Assembly (NCBI GenBank): GCA_037925075.1
Contig: JAXSNR010000001.1
Location: forward strand, 1-64,000
Length of the DNA: 64,000 nucleotides
DNA from: Aquificaceae bacterium
Lineage (GTDB): Bacteria > Aquificota > Aquificia > Aquificales > Aquificaceae
Direction of reading: 5' to 3'
How positions within the stretch are numbered: the stretch's first letter is position 1; every line of letters starts with the position of its first letter. Of the stretch, positions 29,280-38,921 are shown one piece after another. The position numbers were made by a program, and so were the translations under genes. Below the pieces are notes generated by a model that saw only the letters and a program-made list of their open reading frames with translations, did not search any database and had not been told where the DNA came from.

Positions 29280-29894
29280 TTAAGGCTTGAAAAACTTTAT
29301 TAGTACCTCTGCTACCAGAGGGTTCACAATAGTAAGGAATATCATCATAAGCACGGTCAAAAGAATGAACCTTATTTCAAGTCTCTTTAAATCTGCACCC
29401 CTTACATACTCAATTTTACCTTCAAGGTCTGTCTTTACATTCTCTATTTTGCGATCAAGGTCTACTTTTACATTCTCTATTTTGCCCTCAAGCTCCCTTC
29501 TTAGATTTTCAATCTTACCTTCAAGCCCTGTCCTTACATTTTCAATTTCACCTTTAAGCTCTGTTCTTACCTTTTCAATCTCACCCTTAAGCTCCATCTT
29601 CACATTCTCTATCTTACCCTCAAGCTTTATCCTTACATTTTCAATCTTATCCTCAAGCTCTGTCCTCAGGGCATTCATCCTCTCCTCAAAGAGTTCCCTC
29701 GTGACGAATTCTTTCCTTATGGAGTCAATCTCCTTCCTAAACTCGGTTATTATCTCCTCCTTTGTGGTTGCCCACTTATACTCCGTAGCCTCGGAGATTG
29801 CCTTTTCTATTCCATAAATAACCTTTTTGGCCTCTTCTTTGCCAAGTCCCTTTTCAAGGGCTTCATAGACCTCTAATGGTAATGTTACTGGTAT
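29280..29894 (-). CDS. coiled-coil protein with 11-aa repeats and C-terminal TM (DUF1640/CCDC90-like); reading frame begins at ATA
   Basis: Frame is open upstream of the ORF-track ATG: (I)PVTLPLEVYEALEKGLGKEEAKK...KWATTKEE; hydrophobic C-terminal tail. Confidence 0.65.
   Translation of the reverse strand: MPVTLPLEVYEALEKGLGKEEAKKVIYGIEKAISEATEYKWATTKEEIITEFRKEIDSIRKEFVTRELFEERMNALRTELEDKIENVRIKLEGKIENVKMELKGEIEKVRTELKGEIENVRTGLEGKIENLRRELEGKIENVKVDLDRKIENVKTDLEGKIEYVRGADLKRLEIRFILLTVLMMIFLTIVNPLVAEVLIKFFKP
29410..29665 (-). repeat. 33-bp (11-aa) tandem repeat, consensus ELEGKIENVRT, about 7-8 copies
   Basis: ELEDKIENVRI/KLEGKIENVKM/ELKGEIEKVRT/ELKGEIENVRT/GLEGKIENLRR/ELEGKIENVKV/DLDRKIENVKT. 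Confidence 0.85.
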
Positions 29895-29990
29895 ACAATA
29901 ATGGTATTAAACAACAATAGGCTTGTCAAGAGGATTGGGTCAATCTTCTAAGCGGATGGTTCATACAAACTTTATGATATAATAAAGCAT

Positions 29991-30039
29991 TACCTCGTTC
30001 CTGCCCTTAAGGCAGGGACCATTAAAAGCCCAGGAGGTA
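29991..30039 (+). ncRNA. S6:S18 ribosomal protein leader (cis-regulatory RNA)
   Basis: Hairpin GTTCCTGCC/GGCAGGGAC, CCA (CCR) motif, and TACCTC pairing with GAGGTA over the rpsF SD; directly upstream of rpsF-ssb-rpsR. Confidence 0.7.
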
Positions 30040-30042
30040 AAG

Positions 30043-30381
30043 ATGGCAAGAAGGTATTACAAGGCGGTAAGGAATTACGAAAGCGTGGTGGTTTTCAAGC
30101 CCACCCTTACAGAGGATGAGCTCCAAAGAAGGCTCCAAGAAATAGGGGACTTCATCCAAAAAAAGGGTGGAGAGCTTCTAAACACAACAGACTGGGGGAC
30201 AAAACAGCTCGCATATCCGATACAAGGCTTTAACCACGGCAGATACTTTATATTCCACATAAGGTCTGAACAACCCCAGCTTCCCAACGAACTTGATTTT
30301 TACTACAAGATAAGTGAGGACATAATACGTTGGCTCAACATACAGGTGAGGGACGAAAAGGGAGAAAAACATGCTCAATAA
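30043..30381 (+). CDS. rpsF: 30S ribosomal protein S6
   Basis: YESVVVFKP, WGTKQLAYPI, IIRWL; rpsF-ssb-rpsR-rplI order. Confidence 0.95.
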   Translation: MARRYYKAVRNYESVVVFKPTLTEDELQRRLQEIGDFIQKKGGELLNTTDWGTKQLAYPIQGFNHGRYFIFHIRSEQPQLPNELDFYYKISEDIIRWLNIQVRDEKGEKHAQ

Positions 30382-30796
30382 AGTCATTCTCATAGGAAGG
30401 CTGGTAAAAGACCCAGTTATGAGATATATGCCCTCTGGTAGTCAAATAGCTGAATTCTCCATCGCGTATACCAGAAGGTACATGGTGAATGAGGTATGGA
30501 AGGAAGAAAGCCACTTTTTTGAGGTAAAAGCCTATGGTAGAGTTGCGGAAAACCTTGTAAGCCGCATATCAAAGGGTTACACGGTGGTGATAGAAGGTAG
30601 GCTCACTCAGGACAGGTGGACAGACAAAGAGGGTAGAACACAAAGCAAAGTAAGAATTGTGGCTGAAAGCGTAAGAATAATAAATAAGCCCAAAATAGAA
30701 GAGCCTGTAGAGGAATTATCCGTGGGTGAAGAGAACATACTGGAGGAGCCCACCGAAGGACCATTTAGTTCAGAAGATGACGAAATACCCTTTTAA
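30371..30796 (+). CDS. ssb: single-stranded DNA-binding protein
   Basis: LNKVILIGRL..DP, C-terminal DDEIPF. Confidence 0.97.
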   Translation: MLNKVILIGRLVKDPVMRYMPSGSQIAEFSIAYTRRYMVNEVWKEESHFFEVKAYGRVAENLVSRISKGYTVVIEGRLTQDRWTDKEGRTQSKVRIVAESVRIINKPKIEEPVEELSVGEENILEEPTEGPFSSEDDEIPF

Positions 30797-30808
30797 GGAG
30801 GTTTTATT

Positions 30809-31030
30809 ATGGACGCCATTAAAAGATCAGCAAAGAGAAGTTGCCCTTTCTGTGATGCAAAGAAGGATCCAAGCTACAAGAACTATGAGGAGCTTAGAAG
30901 GTTTATCACAGAAAGGGGTAAGATTATAGGTAGAAGGCAGACTGGAGTTTGTGCCAAACACCAAAGGATGCTTGCCAGAGAGATAAAAAGAGCAAGACAG
31001 CTTGCTTTACTGCCATATTTAGTAGCATGA
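30809..31030 (+). CDS. rpsR: 30S ribosomal protein S18
   Basis: [34 protein letters not shown]. Confidence 0.97.
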   Translation: MDAIKRSAKRSCPFCDAKKDPSYKNYEELRRFITERGKIIGRRQTGVCAKHQRMLAREIKRARQLALLPYLVA

Positions 31031-31041
31031 GGAGGCAAACC

Positions 31042-31488
31042 ATGAAGGTGGTACTTGTAAAAGACCTTGAAGGTTATGGAACCTTTGGAGATGTGATAAG
31101 TGTAAAGGATGGCTTTGCTAGAAACTACCTTATACCCAGGGGAATAGCTCTCCCTGCTACCGAAGGGAACCTAAATCATGTGCGGAACATTCTTTCTCAA
31201 AAGGCAAGAAAGCTTCAGAAAGAAAAAGAAAAGGCTCAAGCTCTCGCTAAGAAGCTTGAAGGTCTTGTATTGGAAATCTTCAGACAGGTGGGACAAAAGG
31301 GGAAGCTCTTTGGGTCTGTAACTTCTCAAGACATAGCTCAGGCTCTTCAGGAAAAAGGCTTTGAAGTGGACAGAAAAAAGGTTGTGCTAAAAAACCCCAT
31401 AAAGGATGTGGGTATATACACGGTTAGCCTAAAGCTTCATCCCGAAGTCAGCGTGGACATAAAAGTGGATGTAAAACCTGCGGAGTAG
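31042..31488 (+). CDS. rplI: 50S ribosomal protein L9
   Basis: MKVVL..D...G..GDVISVKDGFARNYLIP, GKLFGSVT; GAGG RBS. Confidence 0.96.
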   Translation: MKVVLVKDLEGYGTFGDVISVKDGFARNYLIPRGIALPATEGNLNHVRNILSQKARKLQKEKEKAQALAKKLEGLVLEIFRQVGQKGKLFGSVTSQDIAQALQEKGFEVDRKKVVLKNPIKDVGIYTVSLKLHPEVSVDIKVDVKPAE

Positions 31489-31506
31489 ATTATATTTATA
31501 GAGGTT

Positions 31507-32424
31507 ATGAGAGAAATAACCTTTGAAAAGGAAAGAACCAAACCCTACAGTTTTCTTCTGTGGCTCTTTATATTGCTAGTTGGTGGGCTTCTTGGAACCA
31601 TTAGATTTGACAATATCTTTTGGTATAAATCTGCAACGCTTGCCTACGCCCTATCTTCCATAGTTTATGTAAGTACCCTCTTTCTAAGAGATAGGCTTGT
31701 GCAAAACATGGCAACTTTCACCCTTTCTTTGGGCCTTACTCTTAACCTTGCTGGCATGGTAAGGAGGACTATTCAAACCTATGAGCTCGGCGTCCCCCAT
31801 CCTCCTTGGAGCAACCTCTTTGAAGCCCTTACCTTTTGGAGTTTTGTGGTGGGATTTATATACCTCTTTCTTGAAAGAAAGTATGGTATAAGGTTGCTTG
31901 GTGCATTGGTGGTTCCTACGGTTTTTGGTCTCTCCGCCTTTGCGGTTTTTTACGCCTCCAAAGAGATAGTACCACTTATGCCCGCTTTAAGGAGCTACTG
32001 GCTGTATCTACATGTGGTGACCGCCTTTACAGGTTATGCGGGCTTCACGGTGGGCTTCGGTGGTGCGGTTTTGTATCTTTTGAAGGAAAGGTTTTCAACA
32101 CTGCCCTTGCCTTCAAAGGACCTCCTTGACGAGATTACCTACAAGTCCATAGTGATCGTCTTTCCCATATGGACTGCCTCCATAATACTGGGTGCAGCTT
32201 GGGCAAACGAAGCATGGGGTGGATACTGGAGCTGGGATCCCAAAGAGGTTTGGTCTCTCATAGTGTGGCTCTTTTTTGGAGCTTACTTACATGCAAGACA
32301 AATGCTTGGATGGAAGGGGAAAAGAACCGCATGGATGGTGGTCTTTGGTTTCATCACAGTCCTTATATGCTTTTTTGCGGTAAATCTCTTCTTCCCAGGG
32401 CTTCACAGTTATGCTACTGATTAA
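31507..32424 (+). CDS. ccsA: cytochrome c biogenesis protein CcsA (system II)
   Basis: PAL.SYWL..HV, GAAWANEAWGGYWSWDPKE (WWD domain), GLHSYA. Confidence 0.93.
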   Translation: MREITFEKERTKPYSFLLWLFILLVGGLLGTIRFDNIFWYKSATLAYALSSIVYVSTLFLRDRLVQNMATFTLSLGLTLNLAGMVRRTIQTYELGVPHPPWSNLFEALTFWSFVVGFIYLFLERKYGIRLLGALVVPTVFGLSAFAVFYASKEIVPLMPALRSYWLYLHVVTAFTGYAGFTVGFGGAVLYLLKERFSTLPLPSKDLLDEITYKSIVIVFPIWTASIILGAAWANEAWGGYWSWDPKEVWSLIVWLFFGAYLHARQMLGWKGKRTAWMVVFGFITVLICFFAVNLFFPGLHSYATD

Positions 32425-33635
32425 GACACAAACTTCTCAGCTTCAAGTTTCGCTTCTTCCAGTATGTTCTTTATGTGCTCTGGCGAGGTTCCCAAAACCT
32501 TTGCCACTTTGTTCACGGTTTGCTCATCTCTGTTGTCCTCTAATAAATCTATAAGCGAGAGTATAAACCCGAGAAGACTCAACCTGTTCTCGTATGCTTC
32601 AACTATCTCCTTATCAAGAAGCAAAGCTCTTGCTATATCTTCCGGCTTTTGTCCCAATATTTCCCATGAGAGAGAAAACAAACCCATAAGATAAGCTTTA
32701 TCCCTCATCTCCTTTGCGTTTATCTCGGCTATCTTTTCACCAAGGCTTGCCCTAAAGAGTGCTCTCCTCCAAAGCTCCTTTTCTCCTTCCTCTACAAACA
32801 TATCAGAGAGGGCAAGCACTATGGTAAACTTGGCAACATTTTCAAGTCCAAGATAGACGACCGCATCTTCCACATTACTGAACTCCCTCAATTTTGAAAA
32901 ATAGGCTGAGTTTACAAACCTGAGAAGTTTGTATGTCACACCTACATCTTTTTCTATAACCTCAATAACCTTCTTTATATCTTTGGACTTTATTGCCTTA
33001 TATATCCTAAGTATAGTTGATTTAAGGAAAGAAATGGTTCTTGTATCCTTTACCAGTGCAGGTTTTGAGAGATAAACTCCCTGAAAATATTCAAACCCAA
33101 GCTTGTAAGCTCTTTCATGCTCCTGCTTGGTTTCTATATTTTTGACTATTATACCTTTTTTTAGGCTTTTTAATATGCTTATAACCTCTCTCAATTCTTC
33201 TTCGTTGTATGGGTTATTCTTTATATCTATTTTCACAAAGTGACACTTGTTCAGAAGTGGCAAATAGTCTATCTTTTCAAAACCAAAATCATCTATGCAG
33301 AATTTAAAACCACGTCTTATAAGGATTTCGATAGCCTCAAAAAGTGTATTGCTCAACCTTTTGTTCTCAACAAGCTCTATACCCACATACTGAGGCGGAA
33401 GAAGGTCAAACATAGAAGCCTCAAGAAATATGGCTGGCACGTTCACAAAGACGAGCTTACCATTACCCACCTTTTGTGGGCCTATTTCAGTAAGCACATC
33501 TATGCATATACTTGTAGCCTTCAGAGGGTCAAAATCCTTTGGGTATGAGCCTGTGCTTCTGTCTTGAAGGAATACCTCATAAAAGGCTACCTTTCCCTCT
33601 CTGTTGTATATTGCTTGTTTACATACTACGTTCAT
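32421..33635 (-). CDS. EAL-like + HDOD domain protein
   Basis: KQAIYN, FVNVP, CIDDFG, VKID, FQG.Y.SKP; D.G.TYKLLRFVNSAYF HDOD. Confidence 0.85.
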   Translation of the reverse strand: MNVVCKQAIYNREGKVAFYEVFLQDRSTGSYPKDFDPLKATSICIDVLTEIGPQKVGNGKLVFVNVPAIFLEASMFDLLPPQYVGIELVENKRLSNTLFEAIEILIRRGFKFCIDDFGFEKIDYLPLLNKCHFVKIDIKNNPYNEEELREVISILKSLKKGIIVKNIETKQEHERAYKLGFEYFQGVYLSKPALVKDTRTISFLKSTILRIYKAIKSKDIKKVIEVIEKDVGVTYKLLRFVNSAYFSKLREFSNVEDAVVYLGLENVAKFTIVLALSDMFVEEGEKELWRRALFRASLGEKIAEINAKEMRDKAYLMGLFSLSWEILGQKPEDIARALLLDKEIVEAYENRLSLLGFILSLIDLLEDNRDEQTVNKVAKVLGTSPEHIKNILEEAKLEAEKFVS

Positions 33636-34255
33636 GGGTTTATATTATAAAAGGCGTCCAAAAGGCCATGCAAATTGCCATCCTTACGCCTTTGAAGATA
33701 ATTCACCACATACTTGCCCACTATATCCACTTCCACGTTTACCATATCTCCCAGTTTTCTAAATCTCAGGTTGGTGTTTTGGTAGGTGTGTGGTATCACA
33801 TTTATGTGTATAAGGTTTCTCTCAACCTTGTTTATAGTAAGGCTTATTCCATCTATGCCCACAGACCCCTTTTCTACAAAATAAATCTCATACCCGGGTT
33901 TTATCTCAACAATTAAAGACCAATGCTCTCCCTTTCTTTGTAGTTGAACTATGTGGGATGTAAAATCCACATGTCCTTGCAGGATATGTCCGCCAAGCCT
34001 GTCGGACAATCTGAGAGCCCTCTCCAAGTTCACATGGTCTCCCCTTTTTAGAAGTCTCAGGTTGCTTCTGCTTAGAGTTTCTTCAGATAGGTCAAAGTGA
34101 AGCAATTTATCCTCGCTTTTTACCAAGGTAAGACATACACCATTTACCGCTATACTTTCGCCTATTTTTGGCTCTTCAAAGTCTGCCTCTACAGTTAGCT
34201 TTCCGTTTCTTAGGCTCTCTACCCTTCCTACCTTTTCCACTATTCCCGTAAACAT
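33632..34255 (-). CDS. ribE: riboflavin synthase
   Basis: MFTGIVE, SIAVNGVCLT, VNLERAL, GGHILQGHVD, GISLT. Confidence 0.95.
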   Translation of the reverse strand: MFTGIVEKVGRVESLRNGKLTVEADFEEPKIGESIAVNGVCLTLVKSEDKLLHFDLSEETLSRSNLRLLKRGDHVNLERALRLSDRLGGHILQGHVDFTSHIVQLQRKGEHWSLIVEIKPGYEIYFVEKGSVGIDGISLTINKVERNLIHINVIPHTYQNTNLRFRKLGDMVNVEVDIVGKYVVNYLQRRKDGNLHGLLDAFYNINP

Positions 34256-35001
34256 CAGAAAAGCACCTCCTCCGCAGGCAAAACTGGTCCTTCGTAGCAT
34301 ACCCTTTTGTAGCCCTCTGGAGTTTTTACCACACATCCAAGGCATACGCCCCATCCACATGCCATCCTGCTTTCAAGAGAGAAATACATCCTATGTCCAG
34401 CGTTGATGTTTTTCAAAGCCCTCAGCATGCCCTTTGGCCCACAGGCATGAACAGTCCACGATGTATCAAAATCCTTAAGCACCTCCGTAATAAGACCCCT
34501 TCTGCCCTTGCTTCCATCCTCTGTATAGAGTATGTAATCAAAGCCCTCCTCTTTTAGCCAACCTTCCATGCCTAAATGTTCCTCAGACCTGCCTGCATAC
34601 ACAAACATAACCCTTTTCCCCATTGCTCTTAGTTCCTTGCCCAAGAGGGTAAGCCCCGCAAGCCCTACACCACCACCAAGAAGTAGGTGTTTTTCTCCTT
34701 CCTTTGGAAAAAGCCCTTTACCAAGAGGACCAAAGGTCCAAACCCAAGCCCCTTCTTCTACTTGAGACAACAGTCCAGTCCCCCTTCCCACAAGCTCGTA
34801 AAAGATAAGGATATTTTCATCTTTTACATCCGCCACCGCAAAGGCCCTTCTTCCCATAGGGTCAAGGCTTTGAGAAACCCTCAGCATCACAAACTGCCCA
34901 GCCTTAACAGACCTTGCAATATCTGATGCATGGATCCGAAGAAGGTACAGCCTTCCCCTTATACACCTATTTTCCACAACCCTACACAGCACATCCTTCA
35001 T
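34255..35001 (-). CDS. pyrK: dihydroorotate dehydrogenase electron transfer subunit
   Basis: GQFVML, GPLGKG, GGGVG, ACGP..ML, MACG.G.CLGC, VC.EGPV. Confidence 0.9.
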   Translation of the reverse strand: MKDVLCRVVENRCIRGRLYLLRIHASDIARSVKAGQFVMLRVSQSLDPMGRRAFAVADVKDENILIFYELVGRGTGLLSQVEEGAWVWTFGPLGKGLFPKEGEKHLLLGGGVGLAGLTLLGKELRAMGKRVMFVYAGRSEEHLGMEGWLKEEGFDYILYTEDGSKGRRGLITEVLKDFDTSWTVHACGPKGMLRALKNINAGHRMYFSLESRMACGWGVCLGCVVKTPEGYKRVCYEGPVLPAEEVLF

Positions 35002-35975
35002 CTTTTCTCACTCTTTAGAAGGTTATCACCAAGAAGGTTAAAGGCTATAACAAGAAGAAACAATGCCATCCCAGGTGATAGTATCCATGGGTGTGCGACT
35101 ACAAGGTTTATATTCCTTGCATCCGAAAGCATATTGCCCCAACTGGGAAAGGGCTCCTGAATGCCCAAACCCAAAAAGCTCAAAGACGCCTCAGCCAAAA
35201 TGTACCCCGGAAAGGAGAGGGTTGCGGAAACTATAAGATAGTAGTAGGTGTTTGGTAGGATATGAACCTTTAGTATTCTCAGCGTTCCAGCACCGTAGGT
35301 CTTTGCGGACTGGACAAACTCCTTCTCCCTTATGGAAAGAACCATACCCCTTATTACTCTCGCAAGCCCAGCCCACCCAAGAAAGGACAAGATAAAGATC
35401 ACCATCAGAAAAACCTGAAAGCTCTCCATGGTGAGAGGAAACACAGACCTCAGCGAAAGCATGAGGTAAAAGGTAGGTATTGCCAAAAGCACCTCCACAA
35501 GCCTCATTATAGCGGTATCTACCTTTCCGCCTAAGTATCCAGAAATTCCCCCTATGAGACTACCAAGAAGAAAGGTTATACTAACTCCAACAAGGCCTAT
35601 GGTTAGGGAAACCCTTGACCCATACACAAGCCTGCTAAATATATCTCTTCCGAGCTTGTCTGTGCCAAGTACATACAGATGACAGGGATCCTCAACGGAT
35701 AAAAGCCTGTAACCATTTTGTGTTTTGCTAAAAAACCTTAACCTGCAAGTGATGTTTTTATCTTCTTCATAAACCTTAAAGAGTGGGTCTGTCATCCTGT
35801 AAGGATGCACATAAGGGAGTGTGGGCTTTCCATCCATGAAAAGGTGTATCCTTGTAGGTGGGTGGAAGGGTGCCTTTCTGTTCTGTAGGGAGTAAGGGTA
35901 GGGAGCGATTATGTCCGCAAGGGTCGCAAGAAGGAGGAAAAAGCCTATTATGGTAAGGGGAAAGGCAAGCCTCAC
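34998..35975 (-). CDS. peptide/nickel ABC transporter permease (DppC/OppC family)
   Basis: LGTDKLGRDIFSRL.YG.RVSL, EAA-like loop, EASLSFLGLG, PSWG.ML. Confidence 0.9.
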   Translation of the reverse strand: MRLAFPLTIIGFFLLLATLADIIAPYPYSLQNRKAPFHPPTRIHLFMDGKPTLPYVHPYRMTDPLFKVYEEDKNITCRLRFFSKTQNGYRLLSVEDPCHLYVLGTDKLGRDIFSRLVYGSRVSLTIGLVGVSITFLLGSLIGGISGYLGGKVDTAIMRLVEVLLAIPTFYLMLSLRSVFPLTMESFQVFLMVIFILSFLGWAGLARVIRGMVLSIREKEFVQSAKTYGAGTLRILKVHILPNTYYYLIVSATLSFPGYILAEASLSFLGLGIQEPFPSWGNMLSDARNINLVVAHPWILSPGMALFLLVIAFNLLGDNLLKSEKR

Positions 35976-36003
35976 AGTTTGAATAGTATAAAATATTTAC
36001 GCC

Positions 36004-36324
36004 ATGAGTGTGCTGGTGTTTGTAAGCATGACGCCCTTGGGTAAGGGAGAAAGTGTAAGCGAGTATGTGGCAAGGGTGGTAGACCTTGTGGACAGGTCTG
36101 GACTGCCTTACGTGCTAACTCCCATGGGAACCATAATAGAGGGGGAAACATGGGAAGAGGTCATGTCCGTGCTAAAAGAAGGCTTTGAAGCTCTAAAAAG
36201 GGACTGCCCTCGCATATCCATAACCATGAAGATAGACTACAGGGAAGGAAAATCGGGAAGGCTTTTTAGCAAGGTAAGGTCTGTGGAAGAAAAGATAGGA
36301 AGAGAAATAAGGAAGGCGACATAA
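36004..36324 (+). CDS. MTH1187 family thiamine-binding protein
   Basis: P.G..ESVS.YVA, L.PMGT.IEG, KIDYR. Confidence 0.88.
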   Translation: MSVLVFVSMTPLGKGESVSEYVARVVDLVDRSGLPYVLTPMGTIIEGETWEEVMSVLKEGFEALKRDCPRISITMKIDYREGKSGRLFSKVRSVEEKIGREIRKAT

Positions 36325-36325
36325 G

Positions 36326-38665
36326 GTGGCTATAAAAAGATTATCAAAGGAAGACCTCACCTACGGATACACCTACACTTACTCCACAAAGGATGTGGAA
36401 CCCGCAGAGCTTTTCCCAGGACAGGAAAGGGTAAGGTCCGCCTTTGACCTTGCACTAAATACAGAGTTTGAAGGCTATAACCTCTATGTTTCTGGACCTG
36501 AAAGTATAGGAAGAACCATATACACACTTAAGAGGCTAAGGGAATCTGCAAAGGGTAAGAAAAAGCCCGAGGACATATGCTATGTCAACAACTTTGATAA
36601 TCCTCTTAGACCAAAGTATCTTTTATTGCCCGCGGGCATGGGTAAAGAACTAGCTTACCACATAGACAAGGCTATAGATACTCTAAAGGAGGAGCTTCCC
36701 AAAGCCTTTGAAAGCAAAGAGTATGAAGAAGAACTGGCAAGCATAAGAAAAAACATAGAAGGTAAAAAGGAGGAATTAGCTCAGAGGCTCATTGATGAGG
36801 CTCAGTCTCATGGCCTCGGCGTTGTATTTACACCTGCAGGCATAAAGCTACTTCCCCTCGTGGGTAGAAGGATAGTTTCCGAGGAGGAGCTTTATGCCAA
36901 CCCAAGACTTCAAGAAAGCTACGAAAGGAACCTTTCAGGGTTTGAGGAAAGGTTTAGAGACTTTATAAGGGAGCTAAGAGAGCTGGATCACCTCCTTTCG
37001 GATCAGGTGATAGAGCTAAGGAACAGGGTAGCCAGCTACGTGGTGGATAAGGTTTTTTCAAGGTTTGAAGGCAAATACATGGAGTATGAAGGTGTATACG
37101 AGTACATAAACAGACTAAAGGCTGAGCTTGCAAAAAATTCAGACCTATTCCTTTCCTGGCATACTTCAAAGGGAAATCTCGCCTTCCAAAAAATGCTGGA
37201 AAAATCCTTTAACGCCTTTAGGGTAAACGTTCTTGTGGATAATTCAAGCCTTGAGGGTGCTCCTGTTGTCTTTGACGAGGTACCCACCTTCCAAAGCCTT
37301 TTCGGAAGGGTTTTTTATTCTGCAGAGATGGGCATTCTTTATGCGGACCACATGAGTATATCCGCAGGAAGCCTTCATAGAGCAAGAGGTGGCTACCTTT
37401 TAATAAGGGCTATTGACCTTCTAAAAAACCCCTTTCTATGGGACGCCTTCAAAAAGGTGCTCATGCACAAAAAGATACACATGCCTTTACATCCCTTAGA
37501 GGATGCCCTTATGCCTCTTGTGGGTATAAGTCCTGAACCTCTGCCTGCGGACTTTAAGGTGGTTCTTATAGGAGATCCTTATCTTTATTATTTACTCTAC
37601 AACTACGACCCCGAGTTTGGGAGGCTGTTCAAGGTAAAGGCGGACTTTGACCCAGTGGTGGATATTAAGGAAGAACTTTTTGACGCCCTTCCAAAGATAT
37701 TCAGAAAGATATTGGAAGAAGAAGGGCTCAAGCATCTTTCTGCAGATGCCCTTTCAGAGCTTTTCAGGTATGGAGTGGAGCTCTCCGGAAGCAGAAAAAA
37801 GTTTAACATGGTTATTGGACACCTTGTGGATGTGGTCAGGGAGGCGCATGCTTTTGCGGAAGGAAAGGAACTTATAGAGGGACAAAACATAAGGAAAGCA
37901 ATAAAGGAAAAGCTGTTTAGGTCAAACCTTCTTGAAGAGAAGATAAGAAAAGCCATAGGCGAAGGGAAGTTCATACTGCGTATTGAAGGGGAGGAAATAG
38001 GACAGGTTAATGGTCTGAGCGTTTTTGACCTGGGGGACTACAGCTTTGGCAAACCTACCAGAATAACAGCCTCAGTCTATATGGGAGAGAAGGGAATAGT
38101 AAACATAGAAAGAGAGGTGGAGCTTAGCGGTCCTATACACTCAAAGGGCGTGCTTATACTGAGCGGGTACCTTGGTCGGAAATATGGAAGGGAAATGCCA
38201 CTCCATCTTTCTTGCACCCTTACCTTTGAACAAAGCTACGATGAGGTGGAAGGCGATAGCGCATCCATGGCGGAGCTTCTCGCCATACTTTCCGCCCTTG
38301 CGGAGGTTCCCCTAAAGCAGTACATCGCCATAACAGGTTCCGTTGACCAGTTTGGGAATGCTCAACCCGTTGGCGGTGTAAAGGAGAAGATTGAAGGCTT
38401 TTACAAGGTATGTAAGATGTTTGGGCTTAAGGGTAATGAGGGGGTGATAGTCCCACAAAGAAATTATGATAATCTCCTTCTTGATGATGAAGTGTTGGAA
38501 GCTGTTGAAAAAGAAAAATTCCATATATACACCGTAGAAACGGTTGATGACGCCATAGAAATACTCACTGGAATTGATGCCAAAAGTTTTCATGAGCTTG
38601 TTAGAAGAAGGTTGAGGGAGTTTTTCAAAAGGTCTATTCGGGTTGGAAAGAAAAGAGGTATATAA
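36326..38665 (+). CDS. Lon-like protease (LonC type: degenerate AAA plus S16 protease domain)
   Basis: GQER, GSLHRARGGYL, GQVNGLSV, EGDSAS (Ser) and GGVKEK (Lys) dyad; degenerate Walker A GPESIGRT. Confidence 0.88.
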   Translation: MAIKRLSKEDLTYGYTYTYSTKDVEPAELFPGQERVRSAFDLALNTEFEGYNLYVSGPESIGRTIYTLKRLRESAKGKKKPEDICYVNNFDNPLRPKYLLLPAGMGKELAYHIDKAIDTLKEELPKAFESKEYEEELASIRKNIEGKKEELAQRLIDEAQSHGLGVVFTPAGIKLLPLVGRRIVSEEELYANPRLQESYERNLSGFEERFRDFIRELRELDHLLSDQVIELRNRVASYVVDKVFSRFEGKYMEYEGVYEYINRLKAELAKNSDLFLSWHTSKGNLAFQKMLEKSFNAFRVNVLVDNSSLEGAPVVFDEVPTFQSLFGRVFYSAEMGILYADHMSISAGSLHRARGGYLLIRAIDLLKNPFLWDAFKKVLMHKKIHMPLHPLEDALMPLVGISPEPLPADFKVVLIGDPYLYYLLYNYDPEFGRLFKVKADFDPVVDIKEELFDALPKIFRKILEEEGLKHLSADALSELFRYGVELSGSRKKFNMVIGHLVDVVREAHAFAEGKELIEGQNIRKAIKEKLFRSNLLEEKIRKAIGEGKFILRIEGEEIGQVNGLSVFDLGDYSFGKPTRITASVYMGEKGIVNIEREVELSGPIHSKGVLILSGYLGRKYGREMPLHLSCTLTFEQSYDEVEGDSASMAELLAILSALAEVPLKQYIAITGSVDQFGNAQPVGGVKEKIEGFYKVCKMFGLKGNEGVIVPQRNYDNLLLDDEVLEAVEKEKFHIYTVETVDDAIEILTGIDAKSFHELVRRRLREFFKRSIRVGKKRGI

Positions 38666-38672
38666 TTAGAAA

Positions 38673-38909
38673 ATGCAAGGAAGACCACTTTTACCCAATG
38701 AGCTTGAGCTTTTTAAAAAAGCCCTTGGTATAGGACCGCATAACTTTTGGAGATGGTCCTCACGGACGAGAAACTTTAAGCTTCTCACCGATGGTAAGGT
38801 TATATGGGTTGAGGGAGAAGAAGAAAACATAGGTAAAACCATGCCCGTTTATGAAGCCACATGGTGGAGTTGGGACCTTATAAGGGAAAAAATCAAAGAG
38901 ATGGGTTAA
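38673..38909 (+). CDS. hypothetical protein (Trp-rich)
   Basis: 78-aa ORF filling the gap before fabD; TATAAT 6 nt before the ATG. Confidence 0.65.
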   Translation: MQGRPLLPNELELFKKALGIGPHNFWRWSSRTRNFKLLTDGKVIWVEGEEENIGKTMPVYEATWWSWDLIREKIKEMG

Positions 38910-38921
38910 AATAAGGAGCTT

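Noticed and set aside
29287..29817. 176-aa Ser/Ile/Leu-rich plus-strand ORF
   Set aside because: Antisense shadow of the coiled-coil repeat gene
29256..29943. TTGACCCA inverted repeat flanking the coiled-coil gene, suggesting a mobile cassette
   Set aside because: Only about 8 bp, no target-site duplication, no transposase; compatible with chance
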